Shown piece by piece: positions 1 to 14,026 of a stretch of DNA of 64,000 nt; positions within the stretch are counted from its first letter, which is position 1, and the number at the start of each line of letters is the position of its first letter. The DNA is taken from contig CM120644.1 of the NCBI GenBank assembly GCA_051362555.1, positions 6,890,954 through 6,954,953 on the forward strand, given 5' to 3'. The DNA is from Lingula anatina (Eukaryota; Animalia; Brachiopoda). A program made the translations under genes and the position numbers. The notes beneath the pieces are model-generated. The model was not told the DNA's origin. It worked only from the letters and a program-made list of their open reading frames with translations, and ran no database searches.

Positions 1-906
1 AGTCTTTCAGACTGAAAACCACACAAAATACTCAGCATGGCCTGGGCCTGCAAGGAGGTTGACAGGGGGGCAGCAATCTTTGTTCTTTTCTTCTCGGTCC
101 AGTCGAATAGGCATCCCGTAAACGCACAGCATTTACCTGTAGTATTCAAATAAATTGTTATTAAACGCACTTATTACCTCGTATCAAGGCACAAAGAAGA
201 CATAATGAATACCAAACTACGCACTGGGAGCCTACACTATTGCATGCCATCAATTATCCCTCCTTCCGGTTCAGGGGCATACTTAAAAGGAAAAAATACA
301 ATTTAATATGCAGTGTCGCGTTTCACAAAGAATGGATATCAAGACGCGCATGCGTAGATGGGATCGTATTTTTCGACAGTTTAAATTTGATTCATTTCGT
401 ATCACGGGCGAGAGCCTAAGAAGAAAGGGCATCACTCGAGGTATTGTGCTGGAGAACATGAAAAATATCACTACGGTCGTCTTACAAAATGTGTGAATAG
501 TGTTGCAAGGTACGCACAGAGCCAGGAGGAGAAATTAAATCAAGCTCTTTGTTCTTTGAGATAAAGGGCAGGAGACTATCCGTGCGTGTTACTCTAAATT
601 TGGAATTGTTTTAACATATTTTTTCACTCTGCATAGTTAGTCGCCACAAATGTCTTATGTTGACTAGCTTAACAATCTTTGACGACGTAGGACCAAATAA
701 CCTCACCCCACCTCTGCTAGTACAACCTTAATGCCAGTCTATTTGCACGTTCATATATGTACATGTACATGTCTATAAGAATGATGTTTTCAGTCCTTTG
801 ACAAAATGCCCTGTACTGTTGCCGTATTTGTTCACCGAACTTACTGTATTTTTCTTTTTCAAATGTATGGACTATCCGTTCTTCCCTGAACTAACCCAGC
901 GACAAG

Positions 907-908
<2 letters not shown>

Positions 909-973
<65 letters not shown>
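909..973. repeat. (CT)n(CA)n microsatellite; other simple repeats lie at about 3557 (poly-T), 5077, 10278, 11715, 16284, 20938, 25636, 43470, 46612 and 57336
   Basis: Direct inspection. Confidence 0.95.
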
Positions 974-976
<3 letters not shown>

Positions 977-1820
977 ACCAAATGGTGATTACAAAACCAA
1001 AGTACAATTTGCGAGGGATATTTTTAAGCAGATTCCCCACATACATTTAGGTTTAAGCAAGCACACCGTAGGAACCTGCCCTCATAACTAACTGCTCTGA
1101 TCCTCCGCCAGGGTGCAGCACAGGAAGGCAGCTCTTACAGACGATTTAGCAGGGGATGTCTCAAAACACAAAACGAGTTGGTGAAAAAGGTAACAACAAA
1201 ATTTATTTTGGGCTAGATATACTTGCATGTAAATTTACAAAGAATCTGAGATGATTGGGGATGTTGCGGGCTGGAGAGGACAGAGGCACACTCCTTTATC
1301 TGGACATTAATAATGGGAGGAAGTATTGTCTACCGCAGGTGAATATGTTGAAAAATTAAACACATTACAAGTCTTGAGTAAATGTTCATGCTCCACAATG
1401 ATTTGTTGTTTTCATGACTATAAAGCATGTTAGAATGGAGTGGGAGAGAGACTATCAAATCATATAATAGAGCACCACAAGAAAAAACAATAATCAGAAA
1501 AACATAAATGCGCCTTGCCCGCACGTAAAATAATACTTCTTCGCCTCCCCCCCTCTCTTTCCTCCGCCACTCTCCTCCAGTCTGTATGCACCTTTCGTCA
1601 GTGCGTCTTTCAGTGCTTCAAAGTTTACAACATTAAGCACTACGGAGAACCCGACCGCTTTGGTGGCTGAGTCTAAATAAACGATGCCTCATGTTACGAC
1701 TGGTTAAAAAGGCTGAAATTGAGTCCACATGCCCTCGAAGTCACCCTGAGGTTCATACTGCTGAATTCCTCATAGTGAGAATTCCTCCACCTAATATCCT
1801 CCCCGACAAACTGAGTTTAA

Positions 1821-2080
1821 GGGTGTGTTCGCAATGAAACTATCGTACTAGATAGTTCGAACTAATTCCGCGGGGACTCTTGCTAAATGCAATCGGACTA
1901 AAAAATAAACATGCTTCCTTCTTGTTGATTAGAATACAGAAAAGCTGGTGATTATATGAGTACGTATAAAACAAGAGAAGGCGTGAGAACCTGTTGATCT
2001 GATTGCATTCAGCGAGAGTCCCTGCAAAGGAAATGTAAGTTCGAACAACTTAGTATGATGGTTTCATTGCGAAACCACCC
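1821..2080. mobile_element. Harbinger/Tourist-like MITE
   Basis: Long imperfect TIRs GGGTGTGTTCGCAATGAAAC.../...GTTTCATTGCGAAACCACCC with a TAA TSD. Confidence 0.8.
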
Positions 2081-3554
2081 TAAGACAAAACTATCCATCT
2101 CTATCCTCTATCCAGCATACACTCCCCAGCACCCTGAGTATCATAGTGCTTTACCTGGTCGTCTCTATATTTTACAAGGCATAAATAGCTGAACTAGGTA
2201 TAGAGACGAAATTACAATAGACACGGAAACTCAGGGGGCCCGAGTAATGTGCATGTGTAGATGCACTGCAGTCTGTAAAGCGACCACGATCTGTGTGTTT
2301 GTGTACACTATTACCAAATGCCATTTATTTATTTCATAAAAATCTTGAATTGAATCTGTATGAGCCTGGAATTAAATAAAACCATGTTATCCGCCTTGAC
2401 ATACAATTAGTATAATTTTCTTTAGGCTATATCGTCTAAATATTCCTTATTTGTCTTAAAATTTAATCGGTTGAAAAATCAAAGTATACAAATGATTGTT
2501 AAATTTTTTATAGCGTTATGATGTCTTAAACTAAAAAACCAAACAAACCATGACCCAGTTTCTATAAAATTTCCAACCTGAAAAAAAAAATCACCCCAGT
2601 ATTTCACCTGGTGATGTGTTCAGTTCACTTTTCCATTGCCCTGTTAGCTGCAGTGCGTGTTAGTTTTCTGTATCCCCGCCTGGAGTAATCAGTGGAAATT
2701 TGGAATATCGCAGCTTTAATCTATTTTGAGGTCGCTCTTACTTCAACCCTTAAAGTTTACATGGCACGACCTTAAGACCTCCACAAAGCGGCTTTGTGCA
2801 TTCAATTTTAAGGGAGAGAGGGGAGTGATTTTGATTATGCTGTAAGTCTTTTTTTTTTCGGATCCCTCTGTAGGCATGAACCGGGAAAGAAGGGCATATA
2901 ATTTGTATTGCACGTTCGTGCATGTTTAAATTTGTACTTAAGACGTAGAAATGTTGCAATAGTAATCTCTCTCTCTCTCTCTCACGGACACACGCACACA
3001 CAAACACATACATACACACACATACACATACACAAATAATAATGATAATAAAAAAACTACAACAATGACACCAACAAAACATAATCAACAAACTTTTTAT
3101 CAGCGACTCTACGGCGAATTTACGGATCAATTCCATAGAAAGAAAAAAAAAATTAAAAATGTATTACAAACTTGTTCAAATATTTGTTTAACTTCGACAT
3201 TAGCGATACCAGCTCGTTCATGCCCTGATTCCTTTGAATCGCTAGATGATGTCGATATCATTGTCCCACAACTGAAATATTCATCAAAACATGTTTGTAC
3301 ATCTGTTTTATCATTTTCATAATAATCACCATCATTCAAGTCTAGTCTTAAACAATTCACAAAACGCTATAAAACGGACAGATGGTAGCTGGGGGAGGGA
3401 GGTGTACTCAACAGCCTCAGTGCAGTTAATTAACGCGTCGGTCACTTCTAACGAAATAGATAAGGAAAGCAACCAGGGGGCTGGTTTGGGGTGGGGGCGG
3501 GGTGGAGAGTTTAAAAAATGACTATCTTCCTGATACATATCCCTTCGGCTGATG

Positions 3555-3610
<56 letters not shown>

Positions 3611-4497
3611 GGGGGGGGGGGAGGAAGGGGGTGTCGAGAATTCAATGGTGTATTTTTTTTACCAAGTACTCAGCAGGTTGTTATATTGACGTGAGGTTCT
3701 TAATACATGTATGCGCTGTTCTATACCAACAAAATTAAACAATAGTGCAGCGCTTGAAAATATAACCTAAAATAGAAGCATTTGTGAATCCAGGCAGTAT
3801 GGACGTTTGGGTTTCGATATGATAGCTTTCTTTCAAAATTCGCTGGTATGCCATTACCAATGCCGTAAATATAGGAATCAAACAACATTTAATAGCAGTG
3901 GGTATAGAGCGCGCCATATTTAAAAAAATCACAGAACAAGAAACAAAGGTCGTGTGCACTTCCTGGTTTCCCTCACATCCTTGAAAGACATCGAAAAAAG
4001 CATTTTGTTTGTTTTCTTTTTTTATTTCAAAAACAAAGCCTTGGTGCAAGGGTCCATTAAAAAATCTTTCCAGTGACCTATTGTGATATAGGTGCTCTTT
4101 TATATAGGAGACGCGAAAATATCATCCCATTCGATCACTGAACTGTTTTTAAAACTCTTTGTTTTGTAGCAATCGCTTACGCCTCTCATCATAATTATTT
4201 CGTCACTGCACACGTAGCGTCCTTATTAGTTTCCTCCCCTCTCTTTGATGGGTCTTTTTTCAACCTTTAACACGTGTACGAGCAGCCAACACATTATGTT
4301 TTCATTTCACATTTTCAGTCTTTGCAATGCATTTGATGTAAACACCTAACAAAAGTAATTAATAATTAGACTCATTGTTTAAAGAGTATTTTCTATCAAT
4401 TAAGAAAAAAAAAAAATACTTATTCAATATAGATATAAAAATCTATTTCATTTTCATGAAGTTATTAGCCGACATACCAAATTACTGAGGTTAACAA

Positions 4498-4665
4498 CAG
4501 GGGGGGATCCAGAGCTATTTTCTGACAGTCTTCCAAATTATCTTTGTTGATCAATCCTCCAATTTTGACCGTCTTCCAACAGAAAAAATTACATACCTAT
4601 CTATGTAAACCTGAAAATCTGACCGTCTTCTGGAAGACCCAGAAGACGGCCCAAATCCGCCCCTG
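4498..4665. mobile_element. Short MITE of the CAGGGGCGGATCC type
   Basis: CAGGGGGGGATCC...ATCCGCCCCTG termini flanked by AACAA direct repeats. Confidence 0.55.
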
Positions 4666-5067
4666 AACAAGACTGTAGACAAATATATCTTTATATCTTA
4701 TTTACCATTACTTACATATGATAGCAGAAAAGGCTCTTTTTCTAAATCACTATAGAATGTCATTGTTGTCGAGATGAATGGGAAAAAAAGTAATTCAGCA
4801 AATTACATGAAATTAGATTAAGTAGAAAAATCTAATTAGATGTATAAATTAGACGGAATAAAATTTAGTTAGTTTCAAGCGTCTTAATTTTTCTATTCCA
4901 TTGTCAGAAGTTCCATTTGCACTCCCTCTATTTGAACCGGGCACTATGTATAATTTTTATTTTTCTTTCTTTTCTTTAACACTGTGAAAACTTGTGAGGA
5001 TCTTGGTGTTTTATTAGATTATTACGAAGACAGATGCTGCAGCAAAAATGAGATTACCCCTCTCAAA

Positions 5068-5106
<39 letters not shown>

Positions 5107-7399
5107 GAAGGTGAGAGGTCTGAGATGACATGACCATAACAATAGGAAAAAAAAAGAAAATTAAATATATTTACTCCAATTTGCCCCAACATTGATTCAA
5201 CTATTTAAAATACCCAAAATATAACCATAAAAGGATGTTACAGTTTGGCTGTGCTGTATGAGATGAAAGAAAATTTCAAAATAGTTATTTTGATGACAAC
5301 AGTGAATAAAAGGAGGTATTTCTCTTCTAAAATTATGTTTATTTTAGGCCGATTTAAAGCTTTTTCTTTTAAAAAGGCTAATTTCTCGAACTTTATTATT
5401 CAGTATAAGCTTATGTTTAACTCGCTTATCTGCTACATATAGTACATTGTTCATGAAAACGTTTTTGCAATAAAAATTCAGAACTTATGTTGTATGCACT
5501 CTTCTCGTATTCTGATCTGTTTATACTTACCACTGCCTTTAAATAAAAAAGAGATGTTGTAAATAAAATTTAGTAGAAGACAATGCACAATTTTCTTATG
5601 TATTGCTGGCGACTGCGTTGATAAATCACATCTTAGGTCCTAAAAGTCAGTCAGAATTTTTAAAAAATCAAACAAATAAAATTTCTAAGACCTTTTTATA
5701 AGGTGAAACTTATAGTCTCTCTCAGTGTATATTTTTTTAGCCCTGGGGTAAATTTTGGAGTCATTTGCTCTTGATCACATATTTCTAATCTATTGTGCAT
5801 GGACTGCGGCTAAACTTACTCGCTGGTCCTGAAACGGACACAAATAAACACTTCTGTCATTTTCTATACTAAATCCTCAGTAACGTACACGTTTTCAAGT
5901 GCAGGCCACCCGCTGCTTTTATTTGTATGCGATACCATCATATTTGTTTGAGGAAGGATCTCTCAAGAAGATATCCATGTGGAAATTTCTCACAATGGAG
6001 GAAGCAGTACTGGTAACTATGCTATGTACTTGACCTTTTCTTTTTACCGCTTCTGGAGACGCGAATCTCTGCAGTTCTCAAATACCTAACGCATGAATTC
6101 CTGGGTATTTATTGTTTCACTTCAATACAGTTTTCAGTTTGTGGATCCAAATAATTTAATTTTCAGAGGAGTACAGAATTCGAACGCGCATGGTTTCTTG
6201 GTGGGCATAAAACTCTTGAAAGCCATGAAAAAACTAGAAACTAATTCCTTCTTGAAATAATTCCGAAAAAAGTCTCAATTTGTTAAAACTTTTGATCATA
6301 TGCACTCCCAACACTTTGATCCATGTTGTATTTTTTTCTTTTAGTGATAGACTGGCTGCTACCAAGAAGAAAAGCTGTTCATGTATAGTTATTTACAGAA
6401 AAGCATTGAGACTCAATTAAGGAAACTAAATTATTAGGAGTCTACAGTAGTTACTAGAAAGTAGACGGTATTTTGCTTTATTAATTTTTCATGTGAAAAA
6501 GAAAAACCAAAATGAATATCAAAGCCTGTAGACACTAAAAAACGATTTTTACAGAAACTTCTAGTAGGCCTACTTTCAGGAATGTGGGCCCCTACTTCTG
6601 TTAATTTTGGTGCCATACCATTTTTAAAAGCCAGTTAAAATACACAACAAGACCAGATGATGTGAATGAGTTCTGCTGTTCGCTTCAGTGCCTAAAGTAT
6701 TATCAGCGGTTCAAATACATTATGTGAGGAAATTAGGTCGCATTTTACGCAAACAATAAATAATGAGATACGACCTCGTTTACTTATGGAGTGAATATTG
6801 ACCTCTTTATTTACCCACTAGCCTGCGCTGCCAGACACTAGAACAGGGGGGACCTGGAGCTGTACATGTCAGCTCATGGAATGTTCATTAAAAAATAAAC
6901 AATTAAACCGAGTCCCTGTTTACATGAAGTACGACAGTAAATATCAGTAGATGCCGCGAGTTATCGAGCATTAACGGTTTCATTTATGGGTACTGGTAGT
7001 CTGCCTATAGGCCTAAAAGCAGACATTTCTGTATTGCTGAAGTGGAATATTTCGTTTGCAGACTTTCGTTATTCCCATTCTTTATTTTTGTCACGCCTAC
7101 TGTACAGAATATTGACTTAATTTTGGACTTTGTGGTTCTTTGGAATAGGTTTGCCAACATCAAGGCTACCCATGCATCGATGGATGCTGCACAATTTGCT
7201 ACATTGTAGCGAAGACAACATATGCAAAATGTGCGACTGAAAGGTGCAAAGTTAATGTAAATGTCCCTTTCTTTAAAGGCTAATATTGCACGAGTCTTTT
7301 TGCGTTTTGAAACTAAAGCTGTTCTTCTTATTAAATGCCCACTACAATAACCCCGCAGACGTTATAAATAACTCAGCAATCACGTGACTCATTGTGAGG

Positions 7400-7920
7400 T
7401 TGCACATGCGGGGAGCGAGAGAAAACCGAGAATTAGGCTACAGATTTCGCCGATTATAACTTCGCCGGGATATATCGCCGTTTGCCACCAGGTGGGTTCG
7501 GTAGTACACTAATTCAACACTTAAATTTCGTAATGGCTCGTACGTAGTTAACGTAGAAATGTCGAAATCAGGCAAAAATACCTCGGTGCTTTCGTGACAT
7601 CTTTTGCATTACCAAAATGGCGGACTTGCGTTATACGCCAGTTCAGGTTGCGCAGAAACATTGATTAATTAGCCGAATTTCGCGCATTGCAATAGAACGC
7701 TGCAGTAGTGATTAGATAAATTGATAGCTTAACTAGCTGTGTATTAAATCTCAGAACGCTCTCTAAATCAGAAAGACGCTGATGAGTCGAATTCTGTGCA
7801 GTAATTTTAAAGGGCTGGAGGTCAGCGAGTAGAAGGTCGGACGAGCTTGTCGGCTTTAATAGGTGCACACTTGGGTTGTTCGCTTGTCGAGTTCTTTTAC
7901 GGGCGCGACAGCACACGTAG
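7400..7920 (+). promoter_or_regulatory. Candidate CpG-rich promoter / non-coding first exon region of BMI1
   Basis: Local CpG enrichment and a YY1-type AAAATGGCGG motif at about 7615. The BMI1 ATG exon has a splice acceptor (TGTAG, 14021-14025) 1 nt before the ATG, so an upstream non-coding exon is expected. Linking it to this region is inference. Confidence 0.3.
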
Positions 7921-10269
7921 AAGAGATACTTATCCCATTTCTCTTTTGGAATTTAAAGATGGACCTGTCATGCTCATTTTAATACAGTAAAACTCAAAAA
8001 GATATCACATTGATGCTGGGGTAGAATTCAATTAATTAGGGCAGGCGCAGACCTCGACGTATCTACATCATATGTCAGTCGCGAATAGGGTCTGGAGAGT
8101 GTTGCATCGACTTTGGAATATTTCGGTATTAAAGTTTTTGTTTGTTAACCTACAAGGGCATTGTCTTATGAAAAACAGCGTGAGGAGGGCCGTTTTAGAC
8201 CTATTTTGATCATGAGCTAGGCTTACCATTTTAATCAGAAAGACGCTGTATCGATTTTAAATTAATTTTCTTGAAATCAGTAGGCCTGTTCGTGTCTTTG
8301 TAGGCTTTATCATAAATTGGCAGTACATCGTTAAATTTCCACATAATATTTTATACCTATTTGTAGCTCCTTTGGGATGGTAATTAATTTGAAAATCCAA
8401 TTCGCGAAAGTGCGTAGGCTTATAGGCCTACTAAGTGGTTAAGATACTCGCTGTTTTTAACCACATACGCAATTTTAGCGTATTAAGCTCTACTGTTTCA
8501 GTTGCCAATTTACTTTTATTTCACAGAATTAATTTTAATTCAGCCACTTCTGGCACATTAGGTAACCCTTCACGTTTCAGTGTCAATTGCATTTGATCCG
8601 ATCAGTGCTGATCAGTTTAAATCTGCATTCTAAATCTTGTATACATAGTATTTTGCTGAAGAAGAAAAAAATCGGTACTATTTTACATGACTCTTTTTTA
8701 CTTTAACATTTTTGTCGTATTCTGTATGATGATTGACCTGAAGTAATATTTATTTCCCAGCTTTCTCAAGTTAAATATCTGAATGCGCATTATTTATGAC
8801 GAATGAGTTTCATGATCTATTCACGACCGAAGTGATACATATTCCTGAAGAAATATGATGGGTTATCAGGCGTGTATTGATATCATACTATAACATACAA
8901 ATGAAATACTTCGAAGAAAAAAAAATCATTTAGTGAATCTAACTGTTAGAATTGAAAGTGATTGTGAAATGGAATCTGTTAATGAAAGTAAATCTGATTT
9001 TGCAAGTGAATCTGATTGTTAAACTGATACGTAAACATTGCTACATGTATGAGTAGACATGGTTTACTACTTATTTGGCGTGGATTTTGGGAATAAATAC
9101 TAAAAGAACTAGCTCGTTACTAGCATTCCCGATTTCAGGGACGTCTAATCCTTATAAATGATATTGGTATAAAGTTTTATCCCCTAGTAAATCAGCCATT
9201 TCAAAATATATCAGTATATCAAATTTTAAGTTGTGCGACTTGTCTTCGATTAAAGAATTTGCTTTAATTTTCTTGAATACTTATCTTGATATATTTTGTT
9301 TTTAATTGTTAAAGTATATCATCTGTTTTAGTCTGAATTTTGAAAGCGTTATTTAACTTGGATCAATTTAATACTTATTTAGGACCTTATTGTATTCCTT
9401 TTTTTCATGTTGGCTTTGTATTTTTGTCAGAAAATATCTGTCTTCATAAATATTAAACTGAAAGTTTGTCAGGAAAGCAGGAAATTCAAGTATTTTACGG
9501 TTGGAATTCATGCTTATAGTGAGTTATGATTCACCTGACACGAAACCGAAGTCGAGGAAAAAATATCAGAATTAAGAAGTTGTTTTACTACTACTGCTGC
9601 GGGGATTTCGACTTTGCCCAGAAAATCGAAATATTTTACTGTAAAATCCTACGTAAACATCGATAGGCGCAATATTTGAACTCCAAACAATATATTAAAA
9701 AGCACTTGGTATTTCTTTAAATAATGTAGATATTTTGATTGTTTTTATTATTTATTTATATATATATATTTTTACTATTTTATGTAGCTTTTTTTTGCGA
9801 TCTAGGCTTTTCAAAAATCTGGAACAAAAAAGAGAAAAAAATGCAGAAGAATGTGGCGAGTCCAGAATGAATCTTAATAAGTTTTAGCTTGATTTTCATG
9901 TTTTAAAGGTTTTGTGTAATATTCGAATTAAATATTCTGGCTGTTTTTATGACAGAGGGCCTATAGGGCATTAATGTAGACAGATATATTTGAGGAAGTT
10001 AAACGGTTTAAATAAGTATCATGTTCAAAGTCATGTGTCGTCTGTGTAAATGTGCATGAATATTTATTGAAGTTACTGTTATTTCTTAAACAAACATCCA
10101 TAGACAATATCGCTCAGATAATTGGAAGCTATGTGTGTTAGTTTGCGGTATAGACCCTCGAACTTACGTGGAGGACCTTGCTTACGTCACAACGCCTAAT
10201 TCTCACCAGCTGTCACACGTGTTTTTAAGCTGCTTTGCCTTCCATCAGTTTAATTTTTACAGTACAAAA

Positions 10270-10305
<36 letters not shown>

Positions 10306-11165
10306 TACTCGTAGTGCTGCCTTAATTGCCAAATAGATGGGATCAGTTTTACACCGTAATTTTACACCTGAGTAGCACATGAACTAAAAATGGTCATTTT
10401 CAGATCAGAATAAATTGGTTAAAATCCAACTACAACTACAAACTATTGAACTCAAATATCACCCACTCATTTTGTGTTAAAAACAAGCCCAATATTTCGT
10501 TTTAGATTACTATTACTGATTTATGCTGGGGTCGCAGAGGGCATTACAGATTTTGGTCTAATATCTACATATTTTATTTGCCCAACCGTTTCCTGATCAA
10601 ACCGGGTATGCACACAATGGCCAGGTAATAGAAAACAGATCATTAGGCATGGTGCGGTAGTTCGGGCGGATATTTTCTGTTTTATCCAGGTAATAAGACA
10701 TGCTTAATTTGAAGTACACGAATTTGTTAAAATTGGGTTATACTCGCCGTGTTAAGTACCCGAGTATCGTGGTAACGACAGAGGCCTGCTGCTCATAGAT
10801 GTGAGCTTGCAGTGACCTTTGAAAAAGTCGTCTTGAACCGTGACGGGATTTTTAAAGTAGCCAACCCTTTTTTAAACAATTTAAAATAATATGTAAAATG
10901 AGAGTGCAGCGATTAATGCGGCCACTGGACTTCTTGCTCTTGCTGGTCGGTACACAAAAATGAACTGACCCTTAAAGGCAACTTTACGTCGATAGTTTGA
11001 GGATGAAAATAATGTTTTTGAGATGGCTATGTAGTGTACGTGAGATAAGGCCATGTCAGTAATGGCGAACTACGTCTTTATTACTAAGTGTAAAAACAGC
11101 TGTCTTGTAATAATCTAAATACCCACAATGTTTTGTTATTTTATGTCGAAGGCTCATAAATGATG

Positions 11166-11270
11166 AATCAAAATAATTACGATTTTGTGATAGATCTCTC
11201 ATCATAAATACGTCATAAATCAAAATAATTACGATTTTGTGATAGATCTCTCATCATAAATACGTCATAA
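11166..11270. repeat. Perfect 52-bp tandem duplication
   Basis: Two consecutive copies of a unit beginning AATCAAAATAATTACGATTTTGTGATAGATCTCTCATCATAAATACGTCAT. Confidence 0.9.
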
Positions 11271-11716
11271 ATGTCAATCAAATACCGCATTTCAATTCAT
11301 TGAGGCATTTCTGTCCGAAATGAGAGAAATTAAACTCAGCTGCTCAAGTCTACGCTTCTTTCAGATACAACCGCGGTAGCCAGCTATATATTAGGACATC
11401 ATCGATGTTTGCAATATGTCAATGGACATTTGCCAAGAACACGTCATCTATACTATATTAATCCCAAGGGCAATACTTTTAGCCCCGATTGTGTGATAGT
11501 GTAAAACCCCTAAACCACCGGGAACTCTTACGCCACAAAAGTTTCATGGAAAAATTCCGGTAGCAAGATTCAGAATGTTTAAAAGCCCTTTAAACTAATG
11601 TTTTATCTCATTTAAAAAAAGCTAGTAAAGACTTAATTTCTCTCTCTGTTTTCTTTACTGTGTCTTGTGGCTCATTGCATCAAAACGGCGTCTTTCCTTG
11701 TTTTACAAATGAAAAA

Positions 11717-11755
<39 letters not shown>

Positions 11756-14026
11756 AATGGCTTCACTGATATTACTGAGGGTCATTTTACAGTAGCTATT
11801 TCAACTGTTGGCTTTTAACTGTAGGCCTATTTTACGGTATGTCATTTGGCAGATAGGCGTCTTGACGTAAAAAGATTTGTAGTTACGATATGTTTTCCGC
11901 ATCATCTACTTACTGGGATTGTGCGACTTTTTTGATGCATATGCAAATACAGACACATGTTGCTTGTACGAAATGTATGTGCTGTAAAGTAGCATCTTCT
12001 ACATAATTGCATTGATTGTCAAATCTGAGATGCTTTCTTTGTTAAATTCCACTTCTACAAATATTCCTAGCTCAATTCTTCTCTCTATCAGGCTTCAGCT
12101 GAATGATGACGTCATTTTTGCTCATAAATTCTCGCTGGACAGAAATGTGCTTAGAATTAGCAGAGAATTATCTGTGAATATTTAGCCAAATTTCCCTGCG
12201 GCCCTGGTAGAGGGTAATAGTAGCTCTAATTCAAATCAGTGACGTAAGCCGAGCAACTCGTTGATACGTAATCTGATATTTTTTCCATTTGTTTATGTAT
12301 CCTAGGGGATAGAGAAAGCATTGCATATAATAAGCAGCTATTTTAATAATAATGGGCTGAGTAAATTTGTGAAGAAATCAGTAGTAACGTTAATATGAAT
12401 ATGCGGAGTTCTTGTCCGCAAGTATTTCGAGTGATTTAGAAATTGTAATACGTTGTGCTGTCGTGACTAGCCATATTACCGGTGTAAAAAAAAGAAGGTT
12501 TGAAAAACAGAAAGTCCGTCCTGTGTTAGATTCATATATATGGGTTAAAGTTAGCGTGACGTAACTGGATCGTAATCTACGATGGATAAGACAAATCAAT
12601 GGGAATCTGCCCACGGCTGTTTCACAGGTGTCTCTCTCTCTTTCTTGCATGACACCGGCGTCATTTGTTTCGGTGTAAACACGAAGTGAGGTAATGGTCA
12701 TGTGACCAGGGTTTGCACTGACTGATGTCGGCACAAGGTCAGCGTTAACACGTTGTTTACAGCCTGGGCCAGACTATTATCAGCTGGAGTCTTCTCTCAG
12801 TTTCGTAAAATGTCTCTTAACTTATCAAGATAGAAAAGATTATAAAACCATATATAACGTATATACTTATGTTGTTATATCTGAGCGTCATAGTGTTGGC
12901 TAATTTAAAATCGTGACAGTTAATATGATAGTTAATATGATATATAAAAAGCTGCATGCTTTATTTTTACATTTAAATTTTAATAAACCAAACCTATCAG
13001 AGAACAGTATGCAAAAAAAAAAAATCTTTTCTCCAGAGAAATGAGGACGCCACACTGCTGAATATAACTGCGTGCTAGGCTTAGTGCTACCTATAGGTAG
13101 AAAATGTGGTCTGTTTCACAAAACGGCTATAGCACCAAAGTTGGACTTCACTTTTAGACCCCCAAAAATTAGCATACTTTACTGTAGTCAATTTTTTAAA
13201 AAGTAGCTATAGGTCTGAAACATGGGCTATGCCATTCTCGTTATAAAACAAACGCAATACTCCATTTTATTGGACTACTACGGATTAATCTTGTATCAAC
13301 GTGGACTGAAATAAGTCTAAAAGTTAAAACCAGGTTACGGGCTGTACCCCTTTCGTGACACAAGCCCTCGTTATGGAGGCTCCAGGCTAATGCGGACAAA
13401 AATGTTAGGCCTACATGCCCTCGCCGTGTACTACATGGCTGTCTAATAACCCCTGTCACGCTGTGGTAAAAACCAAGCCAGGTTGCCCAATGTTATGATT
13501 GTGGTGAACCGCAGTATCAAGTAGTTGTGAAGCTTGCGGTTTTTGTGTCAACAGAAAAGGTCGGCAGCGCGCGGTTAAAAAGAGCACTTTTAAAGTGGCG
13601 GCTGCTGGCTTTTTGTGTTAGAAAGGTTGGGGTGGTCGTTAGTGTAAGGGTTTTTATATTCATTGTGAGATTATTTTTAATATATATTTACATTTATAAA
13701 TATGTGATGACATATTATAATAGGCTTAATGTTGTCATTATGTTAAATGAATAGTTAAAGTGATCTTATGAATTCTTTATATCGGTCATTCAAAACTCAT
13801 TCTTAACACTAATGTCGCTCTTTGCGTTAATTCCTTCATTACCTCTGCTGAGTTTGTTACTTCGTTACCTCGGGGTATCTTTATTTAAGGCCATATTTCC
13901 TTGACCTGTTGAACTCTGTCGATTCATAGTTCATACCATTTTATGCAGTGTATTCTTTTTGACATTGAGGGGTCTATAATATGGTTGTCTTACAAGTATT
14001 TAATTCAAACTGTTGTATATTGTAGC

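Noticed and set aside
798-3136. ORFs with SLSLSL or CVCVCV runs (also the YIYIYI and IIII ORFs at 16162, 25387 and 57309)
   Set aside because: These are translations of microsatellites.
3127-3538. Minus-strand ORFs with a good-looking acceptor near 3447
   Set aside because: No recognisable protein and no convincing partner exons. A divergent lncRNA exon cannot be excluded.
1-14000. A COMMD3 orthologue upstream of BMI1, as in vertebrates
   Set aside because: No COMM-domain-like exons were recognisable.
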